Source: Octopus bimaculoides
Lineage: Eukaryota
NCBI RefSeq assembly: GCF_001194135.2
Contig: NC_068989.1
Coordinates: 70,777,353 to 70,841,352 of the forward strand
Direction: 5' to 3'
Length of the DNA: 64,000 nt
In this document: one piece after another, positions 62,233 to 64,000 of the stretch
How the letters are laid out: every line of letters begins with the position of its first letter
How positions within the stretch are numbered: the stretch's first letter is position 1
Position numbers and translations under genes: made by a program
The notes under the pieces: model-generated
Databases searched by the model: none
What the model was told of the DNA's origin: nothing
What the model saw: only the letters and a program-made list of their open reading frames with translations

Positions 62233-63579
62233 TGGTGGTGGTGGTAGTGGTGATGGTGGAAGTGAAAACGCTTTAGACATCCTCTTGAAAAATTTCTTCA
62301 CCAAAATGAACGATCGTAGAAATATTTTTGGACTGGTTTGAAACAATACTTTCCCATTATTGGATTTATCTGATTTGATTCCTGTATAAATATAATAATA
62401 ATTATTATTATTATTATCATACCCGTGTTTGTTCTGATATTAAGATTGAAAAAAATCGAACTTGTTTGTAAAAGATTTTGGGCCCGGGTTTACTCCGCCC
62501 CACTAGCAAATCTCGTTCCTGCACTTATGAACTCTCCAAAACGAAATGACCTAAATTCATTAAAAAAACAGAAAACCCTGTGCATCAGGAAGATTTACAT
62601 CTGTCTGTAATGTATTCTTATTTAATCGATAAAGAGTCAAGGTTTTCCTGAGGACGTCATCGTTCTTGCCCCCACACTAACCCTCTGTAGAACGTCATAG
62701 TCGAATATCTACCAACCGTGTTACTCGACTGGCAGAAGGTGTGAGCATCTGATAGCACTCAAGGCGCTAGGCACTTTGCTTCGGTGTAGACTTGATCCAG
62801 GACTGCAGCTCTGTCATAAGGACTAGCTGTATGGAAGCATGTCTAACAAACGGTGACCACAGCTAACAGCGAATAGTAGCGTCAACAACAAGGACGTAAA
62901 AAACACAACAGGAATACCAACAAGAACCACTGCAATAACAAAAGAATATGATGCTTAAAAAATGGTTAACAGGGCTGTTACACGACATTTTGAATGGTTT
63001 CGATAAAAATACTCACGGAGTGTGGCAACAAATCTCCCACATTTTACACATTGACAAACGTTTCAACAAGAAAAACAACGTAATTCAGTTCAAATTATGA
63101 TGATGACGAAAGAAAAATAAACGGCAAAACATTAGCAACATGAAAATAGTATTTCTATCTGTCTAGCTTCACTAACGCCATATCAACTGCAGTGTAAAAT
63201 ATGGGAGGTTTTTCTGCCGAAGCCAGTAAAACGAAAACAAACAAATGAACAAACAAAAACAAATCAGTAAAGTTATTTAAAACGTTTTGAGATCAGAGCA
63301 AGAAATTTGAATGAAATAATATTTTCAATTGCTTCCCATAAGGAAAAGTTCTACATGATCTGGCAGTCGTTGTTATAAGACGAGTCCTTTCATTTAATTG
63401 CTTTTATAAATAACATTCAACGTATCAAATTGCTAAACGATTCGTCATATATATATATAAGTTAATTTTATGAACGCACTGACCTCTGATGCACACAAAT
63501 TACGTTTTGAAGTATGCGTATACACTTAATTTTAATATAATATATATAACAAATATGATTATATATCCATGCGAATAAA

Positions 63580-63584
<5 letters not shown>

Positions 63585-63670
<86 letters not shown>

Positions 63671-63678
63671 TAATAATA
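63585..63678. repeat. (AAAT)n/(AAT)n microsatellite
   Basis: Direct observation. Confidence 0.95.
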
Positions 63679-64000
63679 CTGGCCCACTTATATCATTATC
63701 AATTCATGTGGTTGTGATTTTGAAGTTTGTTATTTATTAAGGATTGTTAATGACATGGAAAGTCTTTTAGCTCATTGAGTTGTTTGCTGCACAGCACAAT
63801 AAACATGATTAATATTTTAAAGATGCATATAAAATTCATTTCATAATGTCGGACGTTGTATTTTGAACAAGATAAGAGCTGTCGTTTACGTTGAAGTCCA
63901 AAATGAAATTTTTTCTTTTTAGAATTTCAGTTGAATTCAATTTTGCTTCAAGAAGTTATGTAATAGTGGTATGTTTATATATGTATATATGTGTGCGTAT

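Overview
AT-rich, microsatellite-saturated animal genomic DNA with 12 assembly gaps. The SINE families, repeat density and gap style point to an octopus (coleoid cephalopod) draft assembly; this is an inference. There is no prokaryotic content, CRISPR array, rRNA or true tRNA gene. One host coding exon is recognisable: the first coding exon of an MTSS1/MIM-like I-BAR protein on the minus strand (36051-35980, MDSKLEKDCSALGGLFQAIINDMR, followed by a GTAAGT donor). No exon 2 is visible, so 1-35979 is probably one very long intron and >36 kb is upstream DNA. The rest is a layered transposon graveyard. It contains tRNA-derived SINEs of at least three families; RTE, L2/CR1-like, Tx1 and R4/Dong LINE fragments; mariner and Tc1 remnants; hAT and piggyBac-like MITEs; a Helitron helicase that rejoins in frame once two hAT MITEs are removed; and a Penelope-like GIY-YIG remnant. 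The most striking signal is a set of type I hammerhead ribozyme folds. One is nearly canonical and lies downstream of the Penelope ORF (39238-39353). Four belong to a dispersed, partly foldback family (11.06, 45.50, 61.98, 62.12 kb), and one is decayed (29.95 kb). The window also alternates CpG-depleted and CpG-retaining domains, suggesting a mosaic methylation footprint. SINE and LINE boundaries are approximate (+/- tens of bp) unless a target-site duplication (TSD) is quoted.
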